Positions 38,721-51,990 of a stretch of DNA of 64,000 nt are shown here, one piece after another. The notes under the pieces are model-generated. The model saw only the letters and a list, made by a program, of their open reading frames with translations. It did not search any database and was not told where the DNA came from. The stretch's first letter is position 1, and each line of letters opens with the position of its first letter. The position numbers and the translations under genes were made by a program. The stretch is from the human T2T-CHM13v2.0 reference genome, Homo sapiens, in the NCBI RefSeq assembly GCF_009914755.1, contig NC_060933.1; one strand, written 5' to 3'.

Positions 38721-39569
38721 CCACTAGACTACCTGCCTCCTATCCCCCAAAGGCCAAGCTTTGGCAAAGGAGACTCGGAGGGAAATCTCCCGTTCTGAGT
38801 GGCGTAGGAAATGAATCAGCTGTGTGTTCCAGGAACAAATCTTTAGTTGGTTTTCAGGAGTTGGAGTGCATAAAAAATAGGTATCCCCAGACTAGCTGCT
38901 AAGCAGGGAGAGGATCATGTTTGGGCATCTGCACCTCCTATGGTCCAGTCTCCCCACTTTTTTTGGTTGTTGTTAAGATAAAGTTTATGCTGGAAGAAAC
39001 TTCAGAGGTGCTTTAGCCCAATTCTCTTGGGCAGTGGGTTCCTTCTGACTTTGCCGAAAGTAATTTGTCCAAAGGGCAGCTCTGCTCCTGGATCTGCCTA
39101 GGGAGGCCTGGTCTCAACAGCGCCAGCCCTGTGCCCCATACAGAACTCTCATCCTAGGGAGCTGGGCTAGGGCTGGCTGTGTCCGGGCCAGGGATGCCTG
39201 GACCTTGAATCACACCCCTTCTGCCTACCAAGGGCATCTCCCCTGTCAGGAAATGATCGTGGTGCCAACCGCACTCAAGGAACACCTCAAACCTTCTTTT
39301 CTCACCTCCCATCCTACGCTGATGGCCCTATACTGTTCACACATTGTTTCCTGATTTAATTTCTGTACTTGCTTTAGAACTTATTCAGCTATCTCCAGCC
39401 CTTTCTGTCTATCCTAGATGACAACTTCTCCTAGAAAGAGTTTCTGTCTGATGAACTCAAACTTAAGAAGCCTCCCTTGCAAAGACTGTGACTGAATTTT
39501 AGAAGGTATCTCAGGCATTTTGGGTGGTGAGCATGTTGTCCTGTCCTTCTCACCATTTTTCAAATCAAG

Positions 39570-39760
39570 TGGCTTGTGTCTCATTGCTTTACAGATAAAG
39601 AAACTGAGGCACAGATTCCTTCCTATGCAGGCCTTTGAAAAGCAGCTACTATGTTTACATAGATTCCAAGGGACTTGACTTACTAAAAGGCATACATGGA
39701 TCTGAGAGCAGAGTGTGCCACAGACCCCGGGTCTCTTGATTTGAGGTCCCATTTGCCCAC
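39570..39760 (+). mobile_element. MIR interrupted by a 54-bp non-MIR insertion
   Basis: ttacagataaagaaactgaggcacaga [insert 39617-39670] ggacttgac...gcagag...accccgggtctcttga. Confidence 0.7.
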
Positions 39761-41410
39761 AGTTCTGACGGAAGTATATAGCTAACAATAAACTACTGTT
39801 GAGTGAGCATCAACTGTGCACCAGACCACGTACCATGCCAGATATGTTACATAAGTCATCTTTGCAGCAACGCTAAAGAGCATCATTAACCCCAATAAAA
39901 TTTTAAAAATAAAATCATAAAAGGAACACATGCGTAAATCCAGATACTTCAAATAATAGAAAACAGCATAAAATGAAAGTAAAAGTCTCCTACCCTGCTC
40001 CGTCTCCTGGAATTACACTGATTTTTTCATTTTTTTTTGGTGATGTATTTGTATATATAATAGATGTTATCATTATTTTATGAGTGTGGAGTTGGGAGGC
40101 TCACCACCAAGATAACAAACCATGGCTACCTGTCTCCGGGCTCAGCACTTCCCGGTACTCTACATTAGCTAAGATGAACGTGGAAATAAAGAAGTGAGTG
40201 AGGCCACAGGTAAAAAGAAGAGTCGGGTCAGAATTGACATCACCACTTCTTTTGCACTGTTCCTCCTGCCCCTGCCTGGCTCCTGAGACCACAGGCTCCC
40301 TCAGTGTATGTAATCTGATGATCTTCTATGGTGGCTGCATTTCTTCCAGGCCTTGGTGCAATTGGACAAGCAAGTGTTTCCATGCTCTGTCACCCGGGCC
40401 CTCAGTGCTGTTTCTACGCTGTACTAGGTCTGGTCCTGAGGCAAGCCTCTAAGCTTTAGATTTCACTGCTTATCTCTCAGCGTTGTTGAGAGGCTCCAAT
40501 AACAGACAGGGAAAGGACTGTGTAAACTTGGAATCTCTCTATGTAAACATACAGCTGCTTTTCAAAGGCCTGCATAGGAAGGACCCTGTAGCCTTTCCCT
40601 CTGGAACAGAGGAGTTTCAGGAGTCTTTGTGAAAGAGTACGTTTTTGACATCTGAGGGTTTGCATTGTGTCCGTTTGTGTCTATAGGGGCAGGGTTAGGA
40701 GTATGTCTTAAAGTAGAAGAGGATGCTCATTTATTACTGAATCTTTGGAATCAGGAGACTTTGGCAAGGGTCAAGTGGATTTCTTTCTGCTGGAGGGCAC
40801 ACAGAGGCAAGCTGGTGGGGTTACAAGGAGGCAGTTATCCTGCTTGGGGTGCACCATGGGTTGGTGAGAATGGCAGAGGTATGGTGAAGGTGCTGCAGCC
40901 TGTCCCTTTGGGTAGGTAGCTACTACCAAAGGCTGTCCTTAGACTGTAGGGGCAGACAGAGGGTGGTGAGGGATAGGTCCAGGCCGCGTGAGCTTCCCAG
41001 ACATGTTATTTAATTTGTGATTGTTTTTGTGCGTGGAAAGGGGAGGGATATTAGAGGATAGATGTGACAGTTCTTCTGGGAAGCTGGTCCTGTTCTATAG
41101 GGTTCTTCATTCAGGAAGAATAGCCAAAAACATCCTGAGTTCAGAGGCCTGCAAGTGAGAACAAATGGTGGACCACTGCTAGGGTGTCCTTGGCAGAGCG
41201 GGGGAGCTCCTGGAGAGGGGTCTCTGAACTGCTGCATCCCTGCACCCTGAGAATCTGAGCATGAGGAGGAAGCAGAAAATGGCTTTAAGGCGAATGAAGG
41301 GGGCTGGGGAGTGGGCTGGTTCCAATGAGAGAAACTGAAAGGAGGGAAGTCAGATTTTTCTTGACGGCCCAGTCTGGCTTCATTCTTCAATACCTGTCAG
41401 GACAAAGGCT

Positions 41411-41430
41411 GCTGCGCCCCCTGGTGTCCG
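41411..41430 (-). promoter_or_regulatory. Strong CTCF motif in a small CpG cluster
   Basis: Minus strand CGGACACCAGGGGGCGCAGC is close to the consensus TGGCCACCAGGGGGCGC. Local CpG enrichment at 41410-41510. Confidence 0.75.
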
Positions 41431-42539
41431 ACTGGCCGCCGATGCCTGCGAGCTGACGTGGAGACCCGCAGGCGGTGAGACCCGGGGACCAGCTGGAGGA
41501 GTCCACGGGTCAGATGCCTTTTCTTCCATTTGCTAAGGGAGTTGAAGTTGAAATAGCCGTTGCTTTGTCCGTTCTAGAGTCCAAATAGAGACTCTAGTGG
41601 AGAGCGAGAGGGGTTTTGTCTTTTTTTTTTTTTTTTTGCATGCAATTGAGGCTGACAGGACAATGCCTGTTTAGAAGTAGCCTGGTGCAGTGGAAAGTAC
41701 GCTCATCTGAAAGAAAAGACCTGCATTTTAGGTGGAGAGCTGATCTGGGGCAAATCACTTAAAATGTTCCAACCTCCCCTTCCTTCTCTAAAAACCAAAG
41801 GGGTTACAGTAAGATGTCTGTAAGGTGTTGTCTGAACTCTAATGTTGATTGGGATTGATTAAATCACTAATACACCGCACCCTATTTTCTCAGAGCCTTG
41901 CAAATTTGACATTATTTTTTCAATCTACAGGCAGGTGCAAATGTTATGTTTCAGCATCATGAGTTCCCTAATTGTGAGCAAAGATTTTAGTGTCTCCTTT
42001 CCTTTTAAAAATAAAAAAATAGCTCTTTTGAGCACAGAACCTCCCTCACCACCACCTTTTGTGGAGCCTCCTGCAAGAAAGCTGCAGAGTGAACAGGGCT
42101 TCAGTCTCTGCTCTGTTTCTTTTAAAAATAAAGTACTAAAGTATTGTGCTGGAAATTCTGCTACTAAGTGTTACATGTGGTAGGTGTGAATATATGCTTC
42201 AATAGTTCCAGGCACAAGACCAAAATCTTCCCCAGAATTAGCAGAGTTTTCAGCTATAATCTGGCTAACATTTTTCTACAAATAGGTACAAAGACCAATT
42301 TGAGAGTACGGTCTCTCTAAGGGGCTACATGGTTGGGTTTCCATTGAAATTTAGGGCCATCCCTTGTACAGTCAGGTGAATTTTTAAGTGGGATCAGCCC
42401 TGGGGAATAATTATGTAGTCGCTGAGGGTTTTTCTCTCCTAAAATCTCCAAATCTAGTTTCTGAGGTGAGCAGTCAGTTATACCTCATGGCAATTTCTTC
42501 CTTCAGCATTGCATTTAAATGGTTATCTCTACGTAATGG

Positions 42540-42546
<7 letters not shown>

Positions 42547-42590
<44 letters not shown>
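42547..42590. repeat. (TG)22 microsatellite
   Basis: Perfect TG run. Confidence 0.97.
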
Positions 42591-42593
<3 letters not shown>

Positions 42594-42892
42594 AATGGAT
42601 TGTCCCGTGAAGGATCACTTGAACAGCAACCTTAGCTTTACAGATGTGAAGGGAGTGTGTAGCCCTTGTCCTGTTGTGAACACTGTCACTATTCCTTGTG
42701 CGGCAGGGGAGGAGCAGGTCTCTCTAAATGAGAGAAGCGAACCAGAGGAAGAACAGCAGCACAAATGAGATGACCTATAGCAACCGACCCCTGCTTCAGG
42801 GATGGGGAGATGCTGTGTGTGTGTGAGCATGTTTGGGTTGGAGTAAGCACAGTGACTTGGAACACTGCACCCCTCCCCAAAGGGAAAAGCTG

Positions 42893-43245
42893 TGTTACAG
42901 GCTGAACTGTGCCACTCCAAAATCACCCTTGATACCTCAGAATGTGACTGTATTTGGAGATAGGGCCTTTAAGGGGGTACTTAAGTTATTATGAAGTGGG
43001 CCCTAATCCAGTATGACTGGTGGAGTCCCTGTAAGAAGTGATTAGGACACAGACATGTATAGAGGGAAGACCATATGAAGACGGAGTAGGTAGCCATCTA
43101 CAAAGAAAGAGGCCTCGGAAGAAACCAACCCTGCTGACAACTTGATCTCAGACTTGAGCCCCTAGAATTGTGAGAAAATAAATTTCTGCTGTTTAAGCCA
43201 CCCAATCTGCAGTATTTTGTAATGGCAAGCGCAGCAAACCAATAC
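42893..43245 (+). mobile_element. MaLR solo LTR (MLT1A-like)
   Basis: tgttacaggctgaa...cctcagaatgtgactgtatttggagatagggccttt...ccctaatcca.tatgactgg...aataaatttctgctgtttaagccacc...aataca, with TG...CA termini. Confidence 0.85.
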
Positions 43246-43355
43246 AACAAGATGATACTCTGCACCAGCCCATTATGTACAGCCATTTGGAGATGCAGAC
43301 CCAGGGTTACCAGATTCTCTATTTGAAGAATCTTTTGCTTTTTAAATATTGGCAG

Positions 43356-43847
<492 letters not shown>

Positions 43848-45399
43848 CTGACAACTAGTACACGTTTTAAATAATGTGCATATTAAGATTATGGGGTCCC
43901 AAACAAAATATGCCTGAGGCTGGGGCAGCGTGAGACACTAGTACGCACTTTTTGTCACTAACTGGATTAAAACTTCCCATTCTCTGGTAGTCACTAGGAG
44001 GGAACTTATGGATCCCAGAGGTTTTCTTGAAGTGGGAAAAAGAAAGGCACAGATACTCCCCAGGATGTTATTTCCCAAGATTCCACATGAGCTAGTGTGG
44101 CTCGGACCAAGATTTTCTTTTCCCAGGGATGGATACTGAGGATTTCACAATAAGAATATCTTGAGAAAAGGCCCCACACGAGGAACTAGTGTTTGGGGTT
44201 GAGGGCTAAGTTTAGCCCTGCATGTGGCTGATGCTGGTGGGCTTTGGGAAGCTGGAGCTGAATATGCTACCCAGAATGGTCAGCAAGGCCCTGAGGGGCA
44301 GTGCAGCCCCGTGTAAAAACAGCACCGAGACAGAGCAAGAAACAACAGTGAGAGCAGGACTGATTTCGTCTCCTGTTTTTTGCCTGGGGTTTACGAGCAG
44401 GACTCCTCTCTTGCACTCCACCAGTTTCAGGATTATTAAGGGGTCCTCAGCTGGGGTGAGTTAGGAGGGCTGAGCTGGAGAGTAAAACTGGATGGTCTGA
44501 GGGTCTGGGTGATCCTGAGCACTTAATTATGAATAATGATACACTTCAGTTTTATAGTGCATGCCATCCCAGTGGATTCTAATTTGGAAGGGAAACTTTT
44601 GCTCTTGCTGAAAGGAATGTCAGTCACCGGTGAGTGGTCATGGGGCTGTTATGGGGAGATCCTGTTTTTAAGGATATACACTGATTTATAGAAGCTCACT
44701 GAAAATATTATAGCGGAATGTTTGGTCAGGAGGTCTGCTTTTCTAGTTCTATTTCTGCTCAGTACTGGCTAACTGAAGAGTGTAAATTTTAAAAGAAGTA
44801 ATTTCTTATGCACACTGTGCAAAATCCCTCAGGGGAATGAGTGAAAGACTGTTTGAAATGCTCTGAATTTCTTGGAAAAGAGTTGCTGTATAAATTAATA
44901 TAGGGCCTTCTTTTTCATTGCAGGTCTGCAGGACACACCAAAGAACTCCTCCAAGTCACACAAGGGAGAAAATTAACTTCATTGGCTTCTATCAGGAAAG
45001 CTATTTTTTTTTTCCTCTTCTTTCCTGCAAGTTTCCCAAACCCCATGACTCTGATTTCCAGGTCAGAGACTAAGGTTTTATTTTTCTTACTCTGTATACT
45101 TTATATGTGGAGAGTCCCTGAAGGAACACTGTGATGGGCTGATTACTGTGAGCCAGTTGTGGGCCAGACCTGGCCTCAGGTGCTGCAAAGGGAATTCAGT
45201 CACCCCTGTGCAGTGATCTGTGAGCCCCAAGTCAGATCCAACTTTTTCCTGATAGACAGCACCCTCCTCCTCCCTACCAAGAAATAGCAGGGTTGGAGGT
45301 AGTGACCCAATATTCAAGAGGTTTGAAATTCTACATGAGATATTTCTGAGTTAACTCCTAAATAGCAGTTTCCTTAATCATGTGGAAAATAAGAACACT

Positions 45400-46090
45400 T
45401 ACTAAAGAGACCATTGGTTTAAGAGAAATGGAAACTTATGTCCACGTAAAAACCTGTAAATGAATGTTCACAGCAGCCTTTTCATAATAGCCAAAAAGGG
45501 AAAGCAATCCACACGTCCATCAACCAATGAATGGATAAACTTAACGTGGGATATACGTGTAATGGAATGCTATTTGGTGAAGAAAGAAATGAAATATTAA
45601 TACATGCGTTAACAAGGATGGACCTTAAAATATCATGCTAAGTAAGAGAAGCCTGTCACAAAAGAATATGTATTGTACCATTCTACTTATATGAAATTCC
45701 TAGAATAGGCAATTCTATAGGGACAGAAACTAGACTAGTGATTGGCTAGAGCTTGGGGAGAGTTTGGGGAGCCTGGAGGATGACAGCAAAGTGGTGCAGA
45801 GTTTCTTTCTAGGTTGATTAAATGTTGTAAAATTAATTGTAGTGATGGTTGTGCAACTTTGTGATTTTGTTAAAAACCATTGCATTTTGCCCTTTAAATG
45901 GATGAATTGCACAATGTGTGAATTAGACATAAGTTTATTTACATAATTAATATCTATTTATTGATATATAACTCATATATCAATAAATATATACTATATA
46001 AAATAATTTTATATTTATATAAAATGTGAATTATATATAAATACATAAATAAAACTGCTAAAAACTAAAAAATATACACTTTAAAAAAAG
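45400..46090 (+). mobile_element. L1 (L1MB-like) 3' end
   Basis: aagagaaatggaaacttatgtccac..aaaacctgta...ccatcaaccaatgaatggataaac...tagtgatggttgtgcaactt, then an AT-rich tail. Confidence 0.85.
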
Positions 46091-46521
46091 GCTGTTCGTT
46101 TCTTTCACATTTTCTGAGCACAATCACTTTGGGATAAATGTGTCCAGGCTTAAAAAGCCAGATTTTATGGGCTAACTAAAATGGAAATGTGAAAAACTGT
46201 GTTTTTTTCCATAGGAGGAGAGAGTCTGATTTGCAGGTACGTGCATACCCACAGCAGTCATACTTGTAATTCTTGGAAACTTTGCTGAAAGTTTTTTCCT
46301 AGCCTGAAATCATTAAAATATGTTGAAACAATGACACTGAGGACTGAGGTGGATTCGTTGTTTTTGTCTTCCCAATGTTACTTTCTCCTTCTTTAGGTAG
46401 TAGCACCCCAGTTTTCTCTAAAAGAAACCACACACCCTATTTCCAGTTCATGTGGTTTGGCTATTGCTGACCTTACACCCTAGGCTCTATGACTCAGGCC
46501 CCATCAGTCAGCGTATTTTAT

Positions 46522-47440
46522 CCAGTGGTCTGTTGCAGCCAACTCATATCAACTCATCCAAATCAACTGGTAAATGTTCAGAAATTTCATGTGCCAGTTG
46601 TTAAACACTCACCATTAAAATTTAAAGTTCACAACCTTATAATTAAATTATGTTAAAAATGAAGGTAATGATACATCAACCTTATCATCACTTCCTAATC
46701 ATTTGACTGCATTTTACTATTATTTATGCTCTTGAGTTTACTTACATCTGTTGGATCTGGTAGTAGAAACACCGGATAATGGCGTGCTGCTATACATCTC
46801 TTCCCAATTCCATGTTCATTGACTTCCCTTTGATAGCTTGAAGTTGGCCATGGTAGCAGCGTTTACACTACAGAACTGGGCAAATGCTACAAGATCAGGG
46901 TATACCCTTTCTTGCCAAGGAGATTGTTAAACTGGCAGCTGTAGTGGGTTGAATGGTGGCCCCTAAAAAGATATGTCCAAATCCTAGCCTGTGGAACTTG
47001 TGAATGTGACCTTATTTGAAAAAAGGCCTTTGCACGTGTGACTAGGTTAAGGATCTTGAGATGAAATCCTCCTGGATTATCCATGTGGGCTCTATATACA
47101 ATCATGTGTACCCTTATGGGATAAAGGCAGAAGCAATTTGACACAGACACACCAAAGAGACATAAAGATAAGATGAGGAAGCAATGGCCACACAGGCCGA
47201 GATTGCAGTGATGTGGCCGGAAACCAAGGAATACCTGGAGGCACCAGAAGCTGGATGAGAAAGAAACAAAATCTCCCCCAGAGCTTCCAGAGGTAGCATG
47301 ACCCTGCTGACACCTTGACTTTGGACTAGTGGCCTCCATAAAAGTGAGATAATCAATTTCTTTTGTTTTAAGCCACCAGTTTTTGGAAATTTGTTATGGG
47401 AGCCATAAGAAACTATTAATAATACACCAGCTCACCACTG
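46522..47440. mobile_element. MER63B-like hAT-Blackjack transposon, interrupted by MLT1C
   Basis: Begins ccagtggtctgttgcagcc and ends ccagctcaccactg (inverted termini). Internal gccagttgttaaacac...catcacttcctaat...cattttactatt...catctcttcccaa. Confidence 0.75.
46940..47426 (+). mobile_element. MaLR solo LTR (MLT1C-like)
   Basis: tgtagtgggttgaatggtggccc...aaggatcttgagatg...gccaccagttt...aataca, with 5-bp flanks gcagc/ccagc. Confidence 0.85.
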
Positions 47441-47583
47441 CAGCACTAGTGTATGGTTGAGGGATGGGCATGTGATACAAGCTAGGGCAATGGGAACTCA
47501 GCTTCTATGGTAAAACAAACACTCTCCTTCTCCCTGGGGTTGCTGGGTGGTTCCATCTTTGCTACTAGATATACCTATGAATG

Positions 47584-47675
47584 AAAGCAGCGCAGAAAGT
47601 AGTAAAGTTAGATTTAAAGAAAGACATTTAAAGCAGCACAGAAAGTAGTAAAGTTAGATTTAAAGAAAGGCATTG
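47584..47675. repeat. 46-bp tandem duplication
   Basis: aaagcagc(g/a)cagaaagtagtaaagttagatttaaagaaag(a/g)catt, two copies. Confidence 0.92.
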
Positions 47676-48277
47676 TTTAAGAAACTGGATCTATTCTACC
47701 ACTAGATTTTTAAATATTACATATTATATGAGAAAATTATTTTTTTTCTTTTTAAGCCAAATTCCTAACCAATGTAGACATGCTAATTTTTGGAGAACTT
47801 TTGAAAGTGCTCATCTGCACAGAGAGCATTTTAAATACATATAGTTGTTATCACTTGGTCAGTTACTATTTAAATGAGGCATAACTAAAAAAGACAATCA
47901 GGAAAATATATAGCAAACAGTGAACAACTTAAGACCTACCTGAATTCAATCATGTTCATTTGTGCTACAAACACTTATATTAAGCCCAACCCTTATCTAA
48001 AGCATTCGATTCAGGACAGATATCCATCTATTTAAGAGCTTACAATTTATTTGCCAGTAAGAAATTTGGTATAGCCCCCATATTGAGGTCACTAGCAGTA
48101 TGAACTTTTCATTATATAGTTTATAATTTTCCGAACAGTTCTAAATTCAAGTAATTTTATTATTTTTCCTAAACAGAATTTGGTTAATGCACAATTAAAA
48201 TACTTTTAATTCTTTATGAGATTACATTTAACTACATCCACAAATTATAACAAAAAGTATTTTGGCAAATTGAATGA

Positions 48278-48627
<350 letters not shown>

Positions 48628-50385
48628 TTATGGTGATTTTCAGTGATGTTGTACCTTTGGTTAATTTTGTACCTTTTGATAATTTTTATTTGTTAGTGTG
48701 GAAGAGCACTTTTCTGAAAGGAACATGTCACAGAAAACCCCAGGGATAGACATATTTCATTAATTATTTTTAAAATAAAAATAAAATGATTTACATTCAG
48801 CATTTCTATCTTTAATGATTTTTCCAGGTTTAAGAGATTTCAAATTAATTTTGTCACCCATAATCCTGTTTGTTTTCCTCCACTTTCAAATACCTTTGTT
48901 TTTTGATGAGCACATTTTGGATGAATTCCCAGTCAACTTTTTAATCTAATTAAATTCAGATAAGTTTAACTCAGATAACATTTACAGTCAGCTCCTTGAG
49001 AGTTGATTAACTGGGAGCTCATCTTTCAGAATTCTTAAAAAAAAAAAAAAAAAGACTTTTGAGGATTGCTTTTTGCTAAAAGAGCCCATTACTAATGCTG
49101 ATGTCACTGGCATCAGTAAACTAACACCCACTTGTCTTGGTTTAAAATGATAATAGGCTTTCAAATGCAAATATTCAAATATCATATTATTCTTCAGCAC
49201 TTCTGTATTTGCTAGTAGCATTACTGATCAAAAAGAGAATTGTTCTGAATATTTTCATGAACAAGCAAGCAAACCACATCACATCACATACATGCACACA
49301 CATGCATGCATGCAAGGCACATAAATGATTTCACTAATGACATATAGCATACATTAGTCAAGCAATTGTATTAATTCAAGTCTACTCTCTTTGTAGTCTA
49401 GAACAGTCTCCCTCTTTGCTACACAACAGTAGCCACTAAAATCTTTTGGAAGATTAGGATCATTCAATATGAAGTTAAAAGAAAACATGAAAAAATGAAA
49501 GCTTAGTTTTAGGATTTCCCATTTTTTTCTTAGCCCTGTAATAGCCTAAAATAAAACTTGGGAACAAATGAGGTTTACCAATGACAGGAGTAAACAGACT
49601 CAATGTAAATGTTTATAGGAAAGGCAAGGAAGCTAATTCCTTTCCATTAACAAAAAGGAGCTTTTAAATCTTACTCATTCTTGATAATGCTGGCTAATGA
49701 GAAGCCCAGCAAGTTTGCTTTTTCCTTAAAGCTGAAACAAAACTCAACACAAAAGGTGAAATACAAGGAACCAAAGAAAATCATTGATTTGTTCTTTGAT
49801 GACAACTTTATGCCAGAGGTACTAGGGCCTCTCTACATTAATTGTTTTCTTCATAAGGAAACCACTATAGAAATTTAGGTGAATGGAGATAATTAAGTAG
49901 TTCTGTGGCTCCAATTCTAACATGTCTTTTTAAAAAAGAAAAAATCAAATACCCCAACATTTGCCCAGGAACCAGAGGAGAAAAATAGCCTTCTAAGAGT
50001 TAGGCCCTCAAGATATTTCAAAGCTGCCTGGACAATGACTTGGAATGACTACAATGGTGAACCATTCTGCCTTGGACCCAAATCTAGATTTATGACCTAA
50101 TATATCTTTCCCAACTCTGCCTGCCATAGTTTTATGAACATCAAGAACTGGGTGTCTGCCACTGTCAACAAATAGAGCTTCTCCAGAGCATTTCCATCCA
50201 CAGAAACTCAAGTATCCCCAAAGGAACATAGATCGCAGTCTTCCAAGGCTGCCTTGGGATGCCTCAGGATGCCTCTAGCTTTCACCACAAACTGTGGGGA
50301 AACTGTTTTGGCAGGATAATTCTTCAAGAAAAGGAAGAATACCTGTTACTGCCCTGTGTTTTCTTGGTTTAAGAACTTTTGGTGA

Positions 50386-50693
50386 GGCCAGGTCCCGTGG
50401 CTCATATCTATAATCCCACACTTCAGGAGGCCGAGGCAGGGAGGATCTCGTAAGGCCAGGAATTCGAGCCCAGCCTGGGCAACATAGAAAGACACATCTC
50501 TATGACAAATCTGAAAATTAGCCAGGCATGGTTCTGTGCACCTGCAGTCCCCGCTACTTGGGAAGGCTGAGGTGGGAGGATTGCTTGGGCCCAGGTCGTT
50601 GAGGCTGCAGTGAGCTGTGATCCTGTCACTGCACTCCAGTCTGCTTGACAGAGTGAGGCTCTGTTTCCAAAACACAAAAACAAACAAAAAAAA
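50386..50693 (+). mobile_element. Alu (AluJ-like)
   Basis: Diverged full Alu with J-type ggaggattgcttgggcccagg...gaggctgcagtgagctgtgat. Confidence 0.92.
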
Positions 50694-50709
50694 GGACTTT
50701 GGGTCAGAG

Positions 50710-50875
50710 TAGCAAGAATTCACTGAGAAGAAGCTAATGAAGCTTAGCTTAAGGGCTTCTCCTTTTTAGGGGCCTCTTCCAAACTCTTGTGCCTAATTTT
50801 ATATTTGTAATTTTACATTCATTTTATTGAGTCCCTTTAATATAAGTATACACTCTACAAAATGGGGATCTGCTA
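50710..50875. mobile_element. MER53-like hAT MITE
   Basis: gaagctaatgaagcttagctt.aggg...cctaattttatatttgtaatttt. Confidence 0.65.
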
Positions 50876-51351
50876 GAGAAATTGCATCAAACTGAGCTAG
50901 AGAAGTTGCACCAAATTTTAGCTCAATAAAATTGTAAAAATTAAAATTAAACACAAACTCTTTGTCTTTTATGGACACTCCCTCACCCCCACTCCTGGCA
51001 AGTCACCACTGGGACTGAGACTACTCCGTTTGAGGCCCTGGTTGTCAGTTGTCCTTTCTTAACTGTGGCAGTGGTTCAAAAACTGGCTACAGTTTTCAGC
51101 TTTGCCCCTCCTTGGAAGAACACTCTACTGTGGGCTAATTATTACAATGGCTTATAGAATCTAGAGACCAGACAAGTTTCCAAGTGTGCTCCTCCTTTTG
51201 GTTAAGCGGTATCATTGTTCCGATGTCAACCAAGTTTTTGTTTTACAGTAAAGTTGATGGATTTGGACTAGGCTTCCATACTTTCCTAAGAGGTGTTTCT
51301 GAAGACCCAGCCATAGAAACATTTATTTTTTTCTGATTACGAAAGCAATGG

Positions 51352-51432
51352 CATGTATATGTGTGTACATATACATATATATGTGCATGTATATGTGTGT
51401 ACATATACATATATATGTATATGTACACACAT
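51352..51432. repeat. (TA/CATA/TG)n compound microsatellite
   Basis: Directly visible. Confidence 0.85.
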
Positions 51433-51990
51433 AAACATCTTTAAACTTTATAATATGTAGCATAGAAAGTGGAAATCCCCCGTAATCCCACACAGCTGAG
51501 AAAAGCAGTTAAAATTTTTTCAAGGCATATATTAACTTTTCACTTATTTTACAAAAAAATGGGATTATACTCTCAACTCAAAAGCATGCCGTTTTCTATC
51601 TAGCAATATGTCTTAGACATCTTTCCATGTCAGTTGGTAAAAAGTTATCATCTTTTTAATCTTCTATTAAATAGCTCCATGAAATTGTATTGTATGGCTG
51701 AACCATACTCTCCTTAACCAATTGCCTATTAATTCACCTTTGAGTTCTTTCCAGTTTTTCCTGTAACAAATATTCTTGCAAACATCATTTTACTCTTAAA
51801 CATCTTTGAGCAGTTGTAGAGTCTTTCTCTACAGTGAATTCCCAGGAGATGAATTATTATTGGGTCAAAGGGTATGAGTATTTCATTTTTAATAGCTATT
51901 GCCAAATTGCCCTCCAATAATTTTATACCCATTTACACTCACAGCCACAGTGTAAGAAATTGTCTGTTTCCCCACCCTCTTAGCAACCCT
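51430..51990 (-). mobile_element. Old L1 (L1ME-like) 3' fragment
   Basis: aaatgggattatac...catctttccatgtc...tgggtcaaagggtatgag...ttgccaaattgccctcc...cccatttacactc. Confidence 0.7.

Larger units (their letters stand above)
46365..47778 (+). mobile_element. Old MaLR LTR (MLT1K-like), the outer element of a triple nest
   Basis: Left part 46365-46521 (gtagcaccccagtttt...ccagttcatgtgg...gctgacc) and right part 47441-47778 (tggttgagggatgggcatgtgatacaagctagggcaatg...ttaagcca). Confidence 0.55.

Noticed and set aside
44319-44338. REST/RE1-like CAGCACC..GACAG (also a right half-site near 56239)
   Set aside because: Spacing is one base short of canonical RE1 with a core mismatch; the other site is only a half-site.
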